Shown here: positions 1 through 14,399 of the stretch, one piece after another
How positions within the stretch are numbered: position 1 is the first letter of the stretch
Layout of the letters: every line of letters starts with the position of its first letter
Notes under the pieces: generated by a model
What the model was told of the DNA's origin: nothing
The model's input: only the letters and a program-made list of their open reading frames with translations
Database searches by the model: none
Source: Eledone cirrhosa
Lineage: Eukaryota
Direction: 5' to 3'
DNA: 64,000 bases
Assembly (NCBI GenBank): GCA_964016885.1
Contig: OZ024740.1
Span: forward strand, 126,232,001-126,296,000
Program-made: the position numbers and the translations under genes

Positions 1-2590
1 AGATATGTATGCATGTCTGCATGCATGCATGTGTAGCTATTGATGTTATTGTATGTGTGGATGTGTATGTTTTGAGTTGGATGTGTGCATGTGTATATGC
101 AGTTATTAGATGCAAAATATTTGGAATGTTTTACATATTTTACTGTTCCATTAATGGATTGTACTTGTAATTTCCTAACTAGTTGTGTTCTTTCTGTTCC
201 TGTGAAGCCTAGCTTCGCAAGATTTGTATTAAGGCAGTTACTAACATACCCCAGTGCCCCAATGATCACAGGCATAAATCTAAAGGTGTAATAAGGCTGG
301 AGTATCAGCAGATTTCTCATCAGTTCTGCATAAATATTCTCCTTTTCAATAATCTTTGATATTATTTTGGCATCTGCTGGGCAGCTAATTTCCACTACTG
401 TGCATGCTTTCTTCTCCCTGTTCCATATCATAATATCTGGTCTGTTATGCCTGCATTTAATTAGGTTTTTACTGGAACATTCCACCAGTACTCTTTTATA
501 TTATGTACGTGGATGTCTTCCACATTGCTGTAGCTTTTAATGTGTTTATTATCGGGTCTATCTTTTTTACGAACTGCATTGTACAGTGTTTGGCCACTAC
601 ATCATGCCTCATAGATAGATAGTACCGCAATGACATCTTTGTACAGCTGCTCATGACATGGGTGATATCCTCCATGTTAGTTCTGCAGAATCTGCACTTG
701 TTATCACATCTAGGTGTTTTACCTGCATCCCTATCTCTTTTGTGAATCAGGTATTTCGTGTTAATCTCCTGTTCTTGGATTGCAAAAGCGTATCCTTCAA
801 AGTGGGAGCCAATATAGCGGTTGTTGGTCCAAGATGGTCTGCTTTCCTTATCTATATTACTCTCACTCTGGAGCTTCCTGGCAACATATCCATGCATGAT
901 TTTTTTCTGATAAGCATGCAGTTTTTCATCCATGGATTCACTGCGATACTGCTGAGCGACTTCCGCGGGTGTGAGTTTTGATTATCACACAGGGAATATC
1001 TCTCGAGGAGTTCCTTCGCAACTCTCATGATCTCATCTGTTTCATGCAGATAGACTTGCTCGAGTGACGGGCTCCTACGCTTCGAGGTTCGTATATGTTG
1101 TCGGAGGCATATGATGCGACATTCAAATGCTATCTGGACTGATGTTAGGCATCTGCCTCCCTGCTTACGTTTCAAGTAAAGGCGGCCTATGTCACTGTTG
1201 ATGTGGAAGTTTCCGGTGTTGTTTAGTATTTTTCGAGTTCCAACATCAACTGCTCGGATTTCGTCTATCGTCCAATTGAGTATTCCAAACGTTGGTGTTA
1301 GGACAGGCACAGCAAACACATTGCGAGCCACTGTTTTGTTTTGCGCAGAGAGTTCCGATGACCAAATATTTCTTAATCGGGTGTAGTTTAATACGTTCAG
1401 CAAGAGAGATATTTATACATGAATTAATTTCTCTCTTGAAGATTTCGTTGAGGGAAAGTTTTAAATATTTATACTTTTGATTATTATCATTATCGATAGT
1501 ATTTTCTACAACAGTCTAGGTAGACTCGGATGGTGCACGTGGTGTCAAATTTCTTCGATTATTATTATTATTTCTTCGATTATTATTATTATCGATAGAT
1601 CTTTCCCCAGCATTCGAGGTAGACTTAGATGGTACAGGTGGTGTCAAGTTTCTTACAGGCATAGTTATTTCAAGGCGCTGTTCGACCTGGTTGCTAGGAA
1701 GTCTAGTAGCATGGCCACCTATAGCACGTGTTGTTGATAACATGTTTGTTGTGGGGGACTTACAATTGATACTATTTTTCTTATTTTCACGTTCAACAAA
1801 CGTCGCTTGATGGCTTAATTGTTTCGCTGTGAAATAATTTAGCTCTGGGTGCATTTCGTCCCAGTGTAGCTTCATTCTGTTCATATAGCCAATGGAGGGA
1901 CTGTTTTCTGCCATTTTATAACAATTAAATAAATCATTATTATTTCGCAACTCCGGTGGATTAGCAGTATCGGTAGAGGGTCGGACGCCATGCTTTGCAG
2001 CACAGTTACGTCCCTTTACGATCTGAGTTCAAATCCCGCGGAGGTTGACTTTGCTTTTCATCCATACGGGGTCGATAAAATAAAGTACCATTAATGTACT
2101 GGGTGGATTGGCAGTATCGGTAGAGGGTTGGACGCCATGCTTTGACGCATAGAGTTACGGTCCTTGCCATTCTGAGTTCAAATCCCGCCGAGGTCAACTT
2201 TGCCTTTCATCCTTACGGAGTCGATAAAATAAAGTACCAGTAATGCACTGGGTAATTGCTGGCCTTGTGCCAAAAGTAGAAACAATTAATGTACTGGGTA
2301 ATTGCTGGCCTTGTGCCTAAAGTAGAAACAATTATTATTTCGCAACTCCAAGAGAAATGCGATTTATAATTTCGGTTTCTTCTGTAGCTTCAACTGAATG
2401 AATTTTGTTTACCTTTCTTGTTGGTTGTCTTCGATACTTCTTCAATTTTGGTGTTGCCGATGATGTGTTCAGCCATGCTGTTTGTAGCAAATCCGTGTAA
2501 AATGAATTATGTATTTAGTCGGATATCTCTACGAATTCGAAAAAAATGTTGTCTTCAGAAGATATAGTTAGAAGAATAACCAATTATTTA
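1..2590 (-). mobile_element. R4/Dong-clade non-LTR retrotransposon, internally deleted (RT core missing), frameshifted
   Basis: 1-1386 is the reverse complement of ~60963-62368 (CRFC..EDITHVMSSC zinc knuckle, RPD..W..VEISCP restriction-like endonuclease region, shared 3' UTR). At ~1387 it jumps to an N-terminal R4-like segment (NNDLFNCYK..GYMNRMKLHWDEMHP..TAKQL..Q). The 5' end abuts a decayed (CATA)n tract. Confidence 0.8.
1955..2330 (+). mobile_element. Tandem (dimeric) tRNA-derived SINE inserted into the R4 element, 19-bp TSD
   Basis: Two units (1955, 2102), each with A-box-like TGGATT(A/G)GCAG and B-box GAGTTCAAATCC. The 3' tail is duplicated. TSD attattatttcgcaactcc at 1936-1954 and 2331-2349. 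Confidence 0.9.
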
Positions 2591-2825
2591 TGTATGTTTG
2601 TCTGTATGTATGTACGTATGTGTGTAAATATGCATGAATACACGTATATATGTATTTATGTATGTATGTATTTATGTATGTATGTATGTATTAATGCATG
2701 CATGCATGAATATATATTTATATGTATGTGTTCATGCATGCTTGCATGAATATATGTTTCTATGTATGTAAGTATGTACATATGTACATAGGTATGTTTG
2801 TGTGTTTGTATATATGTATGCATAA
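2590..2825. repeat. Degenerate (TATG)n/(CATA)n microsatellite
   Basis: Direct reading of the sequence. Confidence 0.85.
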
Positions 2826-4659
2826 ATGGATAATTTTCGTCGTGACGCAATATAAAATGGTTTTCTAGGTATGCCTACGAACGTTGATACCACGAAGTTG
2901 TCAAAAACTAGTTTGTAGGAATTTAGACACTGCTTTTCAAAGGATTTTTCTTGTATTTGTTACAGTCATATGAAATATTACAAAGCAACTGCTCAAAATT
3001 GCTGTATCCACACACAAAAACTCACACACACAAAGAAGAGATGGAGTGTTATACAAAATATTTTCATGGCACACGTCCTATGAATTCTGTGTACCCAGGC
3101 ATGGCAATATCATAAAGGCCAACTTGTCAGCTGCTAAGGGCATGTGCATTCCTATAACTTATAAGATGACAACATTATAGAAATATCCAATAAATTTCAG
3201 AAAGCTGTCAAATATCTCTGTTACGTAACACTCTTCTGGAGAATGTCGTTTGGTGTTATGATTTATCATATGATATTGTGTGGGTGAGTGTGGAATATGT
3301 AGTGGAACATGCAATCGTAGTAATTTGCTTAATTTGGTGGAAGAAAGCAGTGTCAAAATCTAGGTTGGGAAGCTTGCCTAATTGTAAGTTGAAAGTATTT
3401 TATTTGTGAGAATTCGGTAAAAATCTGGGAGAATGCAGCAAAGAAACTGGGAGAATGGGTCACAAAGCTAGGGAAAACATTGCACCACTGTAGAACTAGT
3501 TTATGGCGCTAAATGACCAGACACCGGCTCTGGCATCTCAGAGACATAGTTGATACACAAAGGCTCCGATATTACAATGTTTTTGTAATATCATTACAGT
3601 ATCAATTTCTGATGACAGGACTCTGGTTGATTTAATATGGATTTATAATCATTTTAACTCATTAATGATGAAATGTAGAGCCTTGCCGTAGAGAGTTTTG
3701 AATTCAGTTGATTTATCAACGTTAAGTGAAATAAAATGATGTACTGTAAAATATTTAATGAAAATCCCATTTATATCTATTCTAAGATGAAAGAAGATAT
3801 ATAAAACCAGATTCCTTTTATATCTTCATTCCACAAATCATGAATGTTCTATCATCAAATATGCTTCATTTTTATTTTTGTTTTAGATCTACAGGTGAAC
3901 AACATAAAAAACTATAACCAAAAGATAATTTTTTTTTCACATGAAAAGTTTGACTGCTGAACTGATAAATAGAGGTGTATTATTAATCTCATTATAAATA
4001 CATTTATCCAATATTTTCTTCTTGTATTTGACCGTAAATGTTTTATATATATCTCAAGTGTATAGACACAATATTTGTAGACATTCTCTTGGGTTTTATG
4101 CTCAGGAAATATTTTTTGTTTGATTATATTTATCGTCTAGATTTGTTATGTTCTTCTACGATGAATAAATAGAATAGGTGTGTAACTCTGAGGTTGTTAT
4201 ATAAAGCAATATACTATTTATAGTGCTATGCTACTGTTTCATCATATAAGCATTTCATGAAAATCTAAAATTATTATCGCTGTCTCAAGATTCTCTAAAT
4301 AACTGTATCTGATCGGTCACCTACACATATTGCATGAGATGAACGAGTCAATAATGGCGCCTCCTAGAAATAGCAGAACAGCTTCCTTGAGATCGCACCT
4401 AAATGTTTTAATAGTGTAGTCGGATAATCGGCTCCAGAATGTATATAGGATACTCATGGGTGAAACATCTGAGATCAATACTCTAATCAAACATGTTACG
4501 GATATAGGAAGATATATCTAAGGCTGATCTGAAAATTAGAAATGATGTTATGAAAACAGTATATATTTGGTTGACACGTATTTTAATTAATTTGAAATCT
4601 TGAAGCTGTGACTGTATACCAAATTTTGTTTTAACATTAACTGAAGTATAACAATAATA

Positions 4660-4790
4660 AAGAAGCCACAGTACTTGGGGGAAGGTTTAGTCGATAGAAC
4701 TGACCACAAGATATGACCAGTGCTTTATTCTATTGAGCTCGGAAGCTTAATGTGGAATTTGGTGGAATTTTAAACAAAATTCAAAAGATA
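4660..4790 (-). mobile_element. Highly decayed SINE remnant
   Basis: Patchy similarity to the reverse complement of the 2102-2330 SINE body (gtcgat..gacc..agtgctttattctattga..ggtggaattttaaac). Confidence 0.4.
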
Positions 4791-5184
4791 ACATCTAAAT
4801 ACACCCACCCGTATTGTCCAATACATAACAGGAAGTACAAGGATTAATCTTGACACGTCGAATCAAGATAATATTTATGGGTATATAAAATAATTGTTTC
4901 TACTATGGACACAAGCAATAAAATAATATTTATGGGAACGTTAATAGTGGTATCTGGACATTAGGTGAACATTTACTCATTTGTCATAAAACACTTTCAA
5001 ATAAGATAAGAAAAAAAGATAACGAAAACGTGGAATAAACTCTGCACCCTCTGTTGTACAGCGTGCACAGCTACGTCACGCAGAGAAAACGACAAAGACG
5101 TTGCCACCAAGAGCATCATGCGATGTTTGCTGCATCAGCTAATCAAGTGAAATGATTAATCTTTTAGTTAAAGTAAAACCATAT

Positions 5185-5450
<266 letters not shown>

Positions 5451-5915
5451 TGGTTTATAAGGAACATTAATAATAATATTCGCTTCGTTTGTAAACAAAC
5501 GCCCCGATTAAGCTATGCTGTGCCGATGACAAATCGTCATCCGTTTGTTCAACACTACCACCGAGGAACAATCCATATGTTTCTTGGCCATTACCCATCA
5601 TCAGGAATGTTTACTTCCGAATTGAATATTATTATTAATGTTTTATATATATATATATATATTATTATTATTATTATTATTATTGAAGACAGTACAAATT
5701 ATGTGTGAAGACAGTACAAATCTGCGGGGGAAATGTTCGTAACTTTAAGCTGTTTTAAAGTGTCATATTTTGTATTTTTTTGTCGTTAACGAAACTTAAG
5801 GTACACATCTTGATTTAAAGAGAGGGATACCTCTCAATATTCGGGCTTTAAGCCCGAATATTGAGAGGTATTTAAAAAAATCTTCGAAAAAAATCGCTTC
5901 CGCACCAAAAAAAAT

Positions 5916-7773
5916 ATGGAAATTTTCGACCTTGAAACGGTAAACAACGTTCAGGTCAAATGTTTAAAGGCAGCCACTGTAGATTTCATCACGACTACGA
6001 CGGCTACAGTCATGCCTGTCGTCCACTCTACTGAATGTGAAGACAAAAATCAAAAGCTACCATCACAACCTTCTGTGATAGCATCAGTATCATCTGAAAA
6101 CGACATCACCACCACCACCGCTGCCACTGCCACCACCGCCACCACCACCACCACAACTAAAACTCAGAGCAATAACGACAATAACACCGACAGCTTCAAT
6201 GTAAACACGGATGGCGGTGGCAACAGCACCAACAAACAAAACAACAACAACACCAATAACAACAGCAAGAATGACAACACCAACAACAAGAGCATCAGAA
6301 GCACCACATTTGCTGCAGCAAAACAAAGCGCTTATTGAATATTGATATTGATATTAGCGATAAAGACGAACAGTTGGCCCAAGCGTGGAGGCTAATTAAA
6401 CGGGAGAAGCCCTGGGCAAATCTGACGAGGCAATAGCGGCCATGCAAAGGAGGACGGTGTACTTTCGTGCATTTCGGTGCAGACACGAAAAGTGGAACTT
6501 GCCAGCCAAGCAGGGGCTAAAAGCAGATGGCTAAAAGGACAGTAAAGGTCCGCATTCCCAGCATCCCACCAGGAATGAACATATGGTGGCTGCTGGGATG
6601 CGTAATCGAGGAGGGGACAGACACTACCCTCCTGGATATCAAAAGGACAGAGAGAGAGGACTGGTCCGGAATGGATTTGGAGATACTTCTCCAAATGAAA
6701 CCGGAGGACATGAACAACATCCCGGATTTTCCCGCCTGCAGGACGGGACAATAATCCAACTAATCATTGACGTAAGAAGGCCACGCTGCTTCGTCTGTGG
6801 GGAAGCAGCGAATCTGCAAGCCTTCTGCCCTCAGCGTAAACATGCAGGGGGTCGCAAACCTCATTTGTTGCCAACGCCAGTGTCAGTACGGAAAGCTGCA
6901 CCACCACCACCACCACCACCACCACCACCACCACCAAAAACAACACCAACAAAGACACGGACACCAACATCAAAAACAGCCGGATCACCACCAACACCAA
7001 AATCAATCCAATGGGAAAACGAGGAAAGCTCTCCCACTCCCCCTACCCCCCCCAAATTATACAGATAGACAAAACAATAAACACACACACAGACACAGAG
7101 ACACTCACAGCCACAGACCCTTTGTCTTCCAGCAGCGAAGATGAAGGAAAACCCAAAACTGCAAAAAACCCCAGAAAACACACCAAAAAAAAAAAGCCCC
7201 CAAAAAACACAAAAACATACACAACAAAAAACACAGACACCACTAACGCAAACACTTCCCCAATAACATCAGCACCAACCGCAACATCCCCCCCCCACAA
7301 TCCCCGAAACGCAAACAACCTAAACAAACACAAGTACAAATAAACACACAAGTAACTGAAATTGCAGACACCACCCCTACAACAACACAGACATACCCGA
7401 AACAACACCACCAAAAACTTCACCACCACAGTCACCAAAACGAAAACAAATAAAACCACACCAACAAAATGTTAAAAACTTCGTGCTTGTCAGAAGGGCC
7501 AAGGATAAACTGATGGCCCTCTTAGCACGAAGCGAGGACATTCAAACAGAGGGGGAGATTTTACAAATGAGCACATTTTGCGTGCCAGAAGATTTGCTTC
7601 TGGTCCGAATGTCACTCAATTCCTTCAAAGAAATTCGAGAGAGCTTTCCTCAAGACGTGGGAACCCCGAATGTGAAACCCACATCAAGACTTTTAAAGGG
7701 GTTCCCAAAAGAAACCTCACCAACTATGGAGGTCGAACCACCCGACCTTCACAAGACTCGGGGAGGTAAGTAA
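5916..7773 (+). pseudogene. Tx1-like ORF1 (gag-like), broken into several frames
   Basis: RRPRCFVCGEAANLQAFCP is a CX2CX4HX4C knuckle with H>N. Also RTVKVRIPSIP and long Thr/Pro/Asn low-complexity stretches encoded by (ACC)n/(AAC)n. Confidence 0.7.
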
Positions 7774-7802
7774 ACCTTCCTTCTCTCTCTTAGCTTACCA
7801 AC

Positions 7803-10800
7803 ATGGCCATATTAAGGGTAGGAAGTTTAAATGTTCGCGGGTCACCCTGGAAGTCACCCTGGAAGCAGGGTCGCCTGCTCAACGACCTCAGGTGGCTGGA
7901 AATGGATGTGATTGCCGTCAGCGAGACCATAATTTCCGACACGCGGGAACTACCCCCCATTTTCGACGACTATCAGATCTTCGCATCTGTTAGCAGGCCG
8001 GGAATGGTGATGGGGTGGCAATGCTGTTTAGGAAAGGACTGGATCTGGAGGTAAGGTCGATCTTCCGGGAATAGGACGGTAAGTTGGTGGTCTTGGATGT
8101 GATCAGTAGCGATGGTGGTGCCTTTAGACTATTGGCCGGACGACCGGACTTCTTTAGGCGCCTGGAGCCTTTCTGGGTACGTCTCGCCCTTTACAGTTAG
8201 CAGGGGACTGGAATGGCATCTTAGACGCACGCTGGGATTGTGTGGGAGTAGCCGATATGAGCGGGGAATGCAAAAGCCTCAATCACCTACTCAGCCAGTT
8301 CCAACTATCTGACAGGTTTCGACTAGATTTCCCAATGTGCCAGTATGGACATGGACTAACCGAATGGGGTCATCTAGATCGTATATAGACAGGATCTTCA
8401 TTAGGAAAATAGATAGAAATAGTGTGGGCTGCTCACTTTTTAAAACGGTCGCCTATTCAAATCACAAATTTCTGATCTCTACGGTCGACCTAGATAAAAG
8501 GCGTAGGTTAGGACCGCGTTACTGGAAGCTGAACATGTCATTTCCGGCACGTAAGGCTTACAGGGACCGAGTCAACAATTTAGTTAAGCAAATGTTGACA
8601 GGGTGGATCATCAACAACAGATGGTGGGGGGCTCTCAAAAGAGAGATTAGAGTAACTTCGATAGAGTCCAGCAAAGAACTAGCGTCAGAGAAAAATAGAA
8701 AGGAGGGGCAGCTTGTACATAAGTTAGACGAGGCTATTTGTAGTGGCATTGCAACTGACGTGCTAGCGGCGAGAATGGCATTAGACCATTTCTTCAATGC
8801 GAAACACGAAGGTTGCATTGTCAGAGCTAAGGCGCGTGCGCTGAGAAACGAGGGAACCAAAGCTGTTCGATGGGCCCGCGTGGCGGAGGCGCAGCGTGGT
8901 AATAAAACCACAATTCGGTCTTTCGCGAACCGAGACGGACACGGGATAAGCGATTCCAAGCGGATGTGTGAGGCCTTTCGCCAGCACTTTGCTCGGTTGT
9001 TCGGGAAGAGTGGCGGGTCAGAGAGAGTAGCGGATTTCAGTCCCTACCTTGACGGCTTGCCGCGCATCTCGACGCTCGATGCTGAGCGCTAAGAAAGGCC
9101 GATTACTTCTGCCGAAATTCAGGACGCCCTTGTCAGCTGCATGAGGCGCAAGTTACCCGGTTTGGATGGCCTGCCCTACGAGCTGTACGTAAATATGCCA
9201 GGTTGTTTTCCGATCTCCTCGAAACACTCTACTGCAACTGGCATCAGAACGGGAGTATTCCCAGCTCTGTGAGCAGGGGAGTGGTGACGCTGATAAGGAA
9301 AGACGAAAACAAGAGGGATACATTAGACAACGTCAGGCCCATAACCCTGCTCAAAACAGAGTTTAAGATTTTGGTCAAGTGTTAGCAAAGAGTTTGGCGT
9401 TTGTCGTCGAGGATTTGGTTGGGGACGCGCAAATTTGCGCAATCCCAGCCAGGTCCATACACGACAATCTCCACCTCATGCGATACCTCATAGAGAGGGT
9501 TGGGTGTAAACCTGGCTTCGGTGGGGCACTGATCCATTTAGATCGACCATCGGTATCTGAAGTTTGTCCTCAAAGCAGCTGGCTTCGGCCCTGTCTTAAG
9601 AAGCTGGATCGCTGCAATGCAGAGCGGCACACGCTCGGTGGTCAAGGTTAATGGCCACCTCTCGGAACCATTTCGGCTCTCCCGATCGGTCCGTCAAATG
9701 TGCCCTCTCTCTTCCCTTCTGTACGTATTGACTCTCGAGCCTTACTGCGGAAGCTGGAGTTGTTGCAGGGCATCCCGCTCGAACCGGGACGTGGAAAGGC
9801 GGTGTCGGCTTACGCCGACGACATCACCGTGATGGTGTCGAACACCTCAGAAATCGAGGTAGTCGGCACCTTATTGAAGGAATATGAAAGGTTGACAGGA
9901 GCCAAACTTAACCCGGAAATGTCGGTGGGCTTGCAGCTCGGAACCTGGATAGGCAAGCCCATGCCGTACAACAGCGTCGTGGGGCGCTGGACGGACGGAC
10001 CGGTAAAGTTGCTCGTGATTTGCTTCGGACCAGATCTCCAGGTGGAAAAGAATTGGGACGAGGTAACGAGCAGAGTAGCCAGTCTCACGCAAAAATGGGC
10101 TGGGAGGAAGCTATCACTGAAAGGTCGCGCGAAGGTTGCGAATGCGTACATCGCGTCCGTCATCTACTACCGCCTGACCGTTGTGCCTTGCTCCCATCCG
10201 CGCGGCGTCAAGTTGGAACGGCTCCTCTTCAAATTCTTGTGGAGGGGAAAAGTTCCGTTGGCGAGGCGGTTCATCAGCTGCCAGAACCTTCTACGCGGAG
10301 GGCTGGGCATGCCGTGGCTAATGATGCGCAGACATGCGTTGAGGCTGCGATATCTGCAGATATTCTGCCTCAACGGTGAACAGGTGTGGTCGCCGTTTAT
10401 CAGACGGGCCTTTCCGCAGCTCATTTCTTTGACTGAGCTGCAGTCCTGGGTTAAGAGACCGAGACTGGGTGACTGCGGCCTGGAATGTTGCCAGGCACTT
10501 ACTGCCCTCTACCAAGCGGGCAATGCGATCAGTGGAACTTCCACTCTTGAGTTCTATAGAGGATTAGTGGTGAGCAAGTGCGATGACGCACTCGGGGAAG
10601 CTTTGGACCTCGACGAAGTCGAACTGACCAGTCTGTACCGGAGGATTTTGAGCCGGCGACGATGCACAATTTCCAGAAATCCCTCGTTTGGCAGTGCTAC
10701 CGAGGGGCTCTTCTGGTTCGGGATAAACTCTACAGACACGGAAGTGCTGTCAGACGGACCTGCCCAAGATGCGCACAGAACGACGAAACCCTTCTGCACG

Positions 10801-11164
10801 CACTTGTCCAATCTCCATGCATTACTGACTTGTGGAATTATGTCGAACAGCTACTGTCGCGTGTGGAACAAATCCGGCTATCAGCCGACTCCATAGTGAA
10901 GATCGACCCACCGCCTCCTCAGGTCAGGAAGAGCAGGAAATTTTCCTCTGTCTGGTGGCAGTTGCGAAAAAGGTTATATGGTGGACCAGGTTAAAAGGAC
11001 TGAAGACAGACACTTTTCTCTTCGGCCAATCCCTCATCAACTTCACCTGGAAAGGAGGGCAATGGTGGAGAGAGAAGTGCTGCCCCAGTAAATTTGCTAA
11101 AAGGTGGATGAATGTGGCAAGAATTGCTCGTGTGAATGGGCCTACCCTGACCATGCGCCTATAA
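7803..11164 (+). pseudogene. Tx1-like ORF2 (APE endonuclease-RT), multiple frameshifts and stops
   Basis: MAILRVGSLNVRG (APE motif I), SRSYIDRIF, YSNHK, YWKLN, RPITLL, SAYADDITV, GGLGMP, CPRC..ET..HAL. Colinear with the 22699-25698 ORF. Confidence 0.9.
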
Positions 11165-11481
11165 GCTAGCTAATTTGAGGAGTGGGGTTCTCTCCCTGCG
11201 TGCCCTAGAAGCGTAGGGCGGTCCAGAATTGGTGGGGTACCCGAGTCACCCCAGGGTCGTCCACCCCTTATCGGGGAATTTATTTTGTTATATTTATGCA
11301 TAGTTTATTTTATATTTTTATATCTTCATTGTTAAATTAGTCTTGCCATTGTGCACTTTTACTCGACCTTATTGTAAACCCCTACTGTCCCTGTCTTTGT
11401 ATTGTCCCCTACATGTCGGCCCTTGTGGCTAATAAATGAAATCATTATTATTATTATTATTTTATATATACACACACACAC

Positions 11482-11532
<51 letters not shown>

Positions 11533-11698
11533 TATCTGTATATATTATATATATATATATATGTATACGTATGTATATATTATATATATATGTATATATT
11601 TGTATGTATATAATATATATACATGTATATATATATAGGAAGAGATACACAGATATACATATATATAGATCACACACAGGTGCACACCCACATACACA

Positions 11699-11733
<35 letters not shown>

Positions 11734-12999
11734 ATCTATCTATCTATCTATCTATCTATATATCTATATATCTAACTCTCTCTATATATATATGAGACTT
11801 GAATCATTTCAATATTTACATTAATCATTTCCTTTGTCTCTGCCACACTTTGATGGTATTTAATAGTTATGTCTTCAAATAATGAAGCAAAAAGTATATT
11901 AGAAATAGTAAAGCGATGGTAGATCGAAAACATATTCCTGATATTATTATTGTTGCAAAGTTTACTTACCGATTGATCGAATAACAGTTATCTGAAGTCA
12001 GAAGTTTTGTTACTTGAAACTTATTAATTTTTAAAATACAAATAAAATATGCTAATATTTAAGGTTTGGAATTTGTGTAGTTAAGATTCTGTAGAAGTAT
12101 TTTTAAATACCTGAAGTACGAATAAGAACACATGACATCTGATATATAAACACATTTGAATGGTGAACAAGTAGCGTCTACACTGTATCAAGTGTATCAT
12201 ACTTAACAAGAACTAGCAAACAAGCTAATAAGACGTCAATATAGCCACGAAGGTATAATGCTTGAAATTATATGGATGGGATATATAAAAAAAACATCCA
12301 AGAATGAATACATCTAAATAACTTTTATGAATGTATGAAATAGTTGGAATTGAAATGGAATGAACAAGTACAAATGATGACCGGTAATAAGTGTTCGAAG
12401 AAGCTACAAAAGAAAGAGGGGACAAAACACAAGTGACAAGGATGAATTACATAGATGTGACAGAAATTGGAGATCGCAAATTCAGACCGAACTCTAGCGG
12501 GAAAACAATTTCTGATGGAATTGATCAAGGTGATGAATTGGATGTGTATATATTCAATATCCGAGGACAGTGTTTCAAACACGGAAATAACAAATACAGG
12601 TTGATGTTTTGCAAACCTGACAATTTTTAGTATCATCTGTCTTGGGTAAATTTTCTTATAATTAAGTCGAATATAATTCAAATAGTGAGTATAAAACATG
12701 ATTTATACATCATTAATTTGAAAATATTGTGAGTCATATATGCAAATGTAAGTAACAGAAGGCTCTAGAAACGGAAAAATAACTTTAAAACACTTGCGAG
12801 TAAATACATTATTCTAGCAGTCTCTTCACTGAGGTGCATCCACGCTTAGCGGAGAGGACATTTTGTTAATCCTATAAACATGCCCACACCATCTTGTGAA
12901 ATACACGTGGCGAATCTGGGAGCGATGATTACCCTCTAGGTGGAAGAGGTCACCAGAGCAATGGAAGGGATTGGTCTAACTATAAAGAGGCGCCTTGTT

Positions 13000-13560
13000 A
13001 ATCCTTCCCGGTAAGGTTTATGCTAATGTGTGAAACAAAGAGATGTAGGGGTATTGTCGAGGAGTATTGATAGTATATCGTTAGCTGACGAACAGTGTGG
13101 CTTTCACCCCGTACGCTTTACAGTCGACCATATATTTAAACTGTGGTAGGCCTTTGAGAAATTATTTGAGTATTGCCAAGATATGTATGATTGCTTCGGA
13201 CACTTTGGTCTTGAACTCTCTGTACGAAGGCTCCAGTGTTTTTGTTTGGGTAAATGGTGTAAAGTCGAAACTGTTCATTATGGGTATTAGACTCCATCAA
13301 GTGTACGTACGATCATCTCTCTTGTGCATAATCTTAATGAACAGGATTGAAATGCACAACCCGACTGGATGTTATATCAAGACTTGCGGGTATAATATCA
13401 GTCAGCTGGAAATTGCAGACGAATTAGTACTACATACCTCGTCTGAAGGGGACATCCGACATGCACATGATAGGTTGATAGGTTTGCTACCGAGTGCTGC
13501 ATGGCAAGAATGAAAATCAGTGCTGCGAAGACTAAGATACTCAATGTGTCAATGCAGATA
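13000..13560 (+). mobile_element. Decayed RTE-like RT fragment
   Basis: Across frames: DEQCGF..TVDHIF, G.HQ..RSSLL, ADELVL, MKISAAKTK. Confidence 0.55.
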
Positions 13561-13874
13561 TAGTATAGAATAGGTATATTCCATGGAGATGACGCTGATT
13601 GCAGGTGGAAGTTTCAGATAGATATATTTCTTATAAATATGAATCTTTAGGAATACATTCTAATATTAAATTGATTTTTGAATCATTCAGTAATTACAAA
13701 TAGTTAATCAAAAAATCTGTAGCCATACATTTGTCTTTCTGGTATACGTGAATTCGTACCAACAATCAACACAATTCCAGTGATTAGTTTTAGTTGAGTG
13801 CCTGTTAGTGACGCCAACCAATGAAATGACCTTTATCCACCATTCTGTCACACATTGTCTGTTTCTGTCTCTAC

Positions 13875-13993
<119 letters not shown>

Positions 13994-14399
13994 TCTGTGA
14001 GTGGATTTCGTATGTCTGAATATATACTGTATGTTTAATAAATAAGCATTTTGAATATTGAAAGGCGCCGTCTGACTGGTTTCGGCAAAAGCAGCGCGGA
14101 GGGGGGCATTTCAAGCTCTGGATATCACCAGGAGAGTGCTTCCCTTGCTCTCTGCTGGAGCTTGAAACAGGCATGTGGACATTGGCTGATTAGCTTCTTG
14201 CATGTATACAACTATATCGTAGCTAAATTGTAATTCTACTTTTAAGTTGAGCCATATTACACAGTTCCATATGCAAAAAAAGCTAATCAGCCCTCCTTGT
14301 AATCAACATTTAGTTCACATCACTAATACTAACAGCAACGAGCCTCGGCTGAAAATTTCATAGGCTAACCTAGATGCTCCCATGGAATTACCAAATGAG

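Larger units (their letters stand above)
5684..11443 (+). mobile_element. Near full-length Tx1/L1-clade LINE (degenerate), inserted in an (ATT)n tract within (TA)n
   Basis: ORF1 remnants with a gag-type knuckle, then ORF2 remnants with APE endonuclease, RT and a C-terminal Cys motif. AATAAA at ~11431. (ATT)n lies on both flanks (~5660-5683 and ~11444-11461). Confidence 0.9.

Noticed and set aside
1955-2040. tRNA genes
   Set aside because: The A/B boxes belong to SINE heads and there is no intact cloverleaf. The same applies to the tRNA-like traces at ~16507-16570.
2520-2570. CTGAAGA at the 5' end of the R4 element as a ribozyme
   Set aside because: No GAAA/stem III partner is present.
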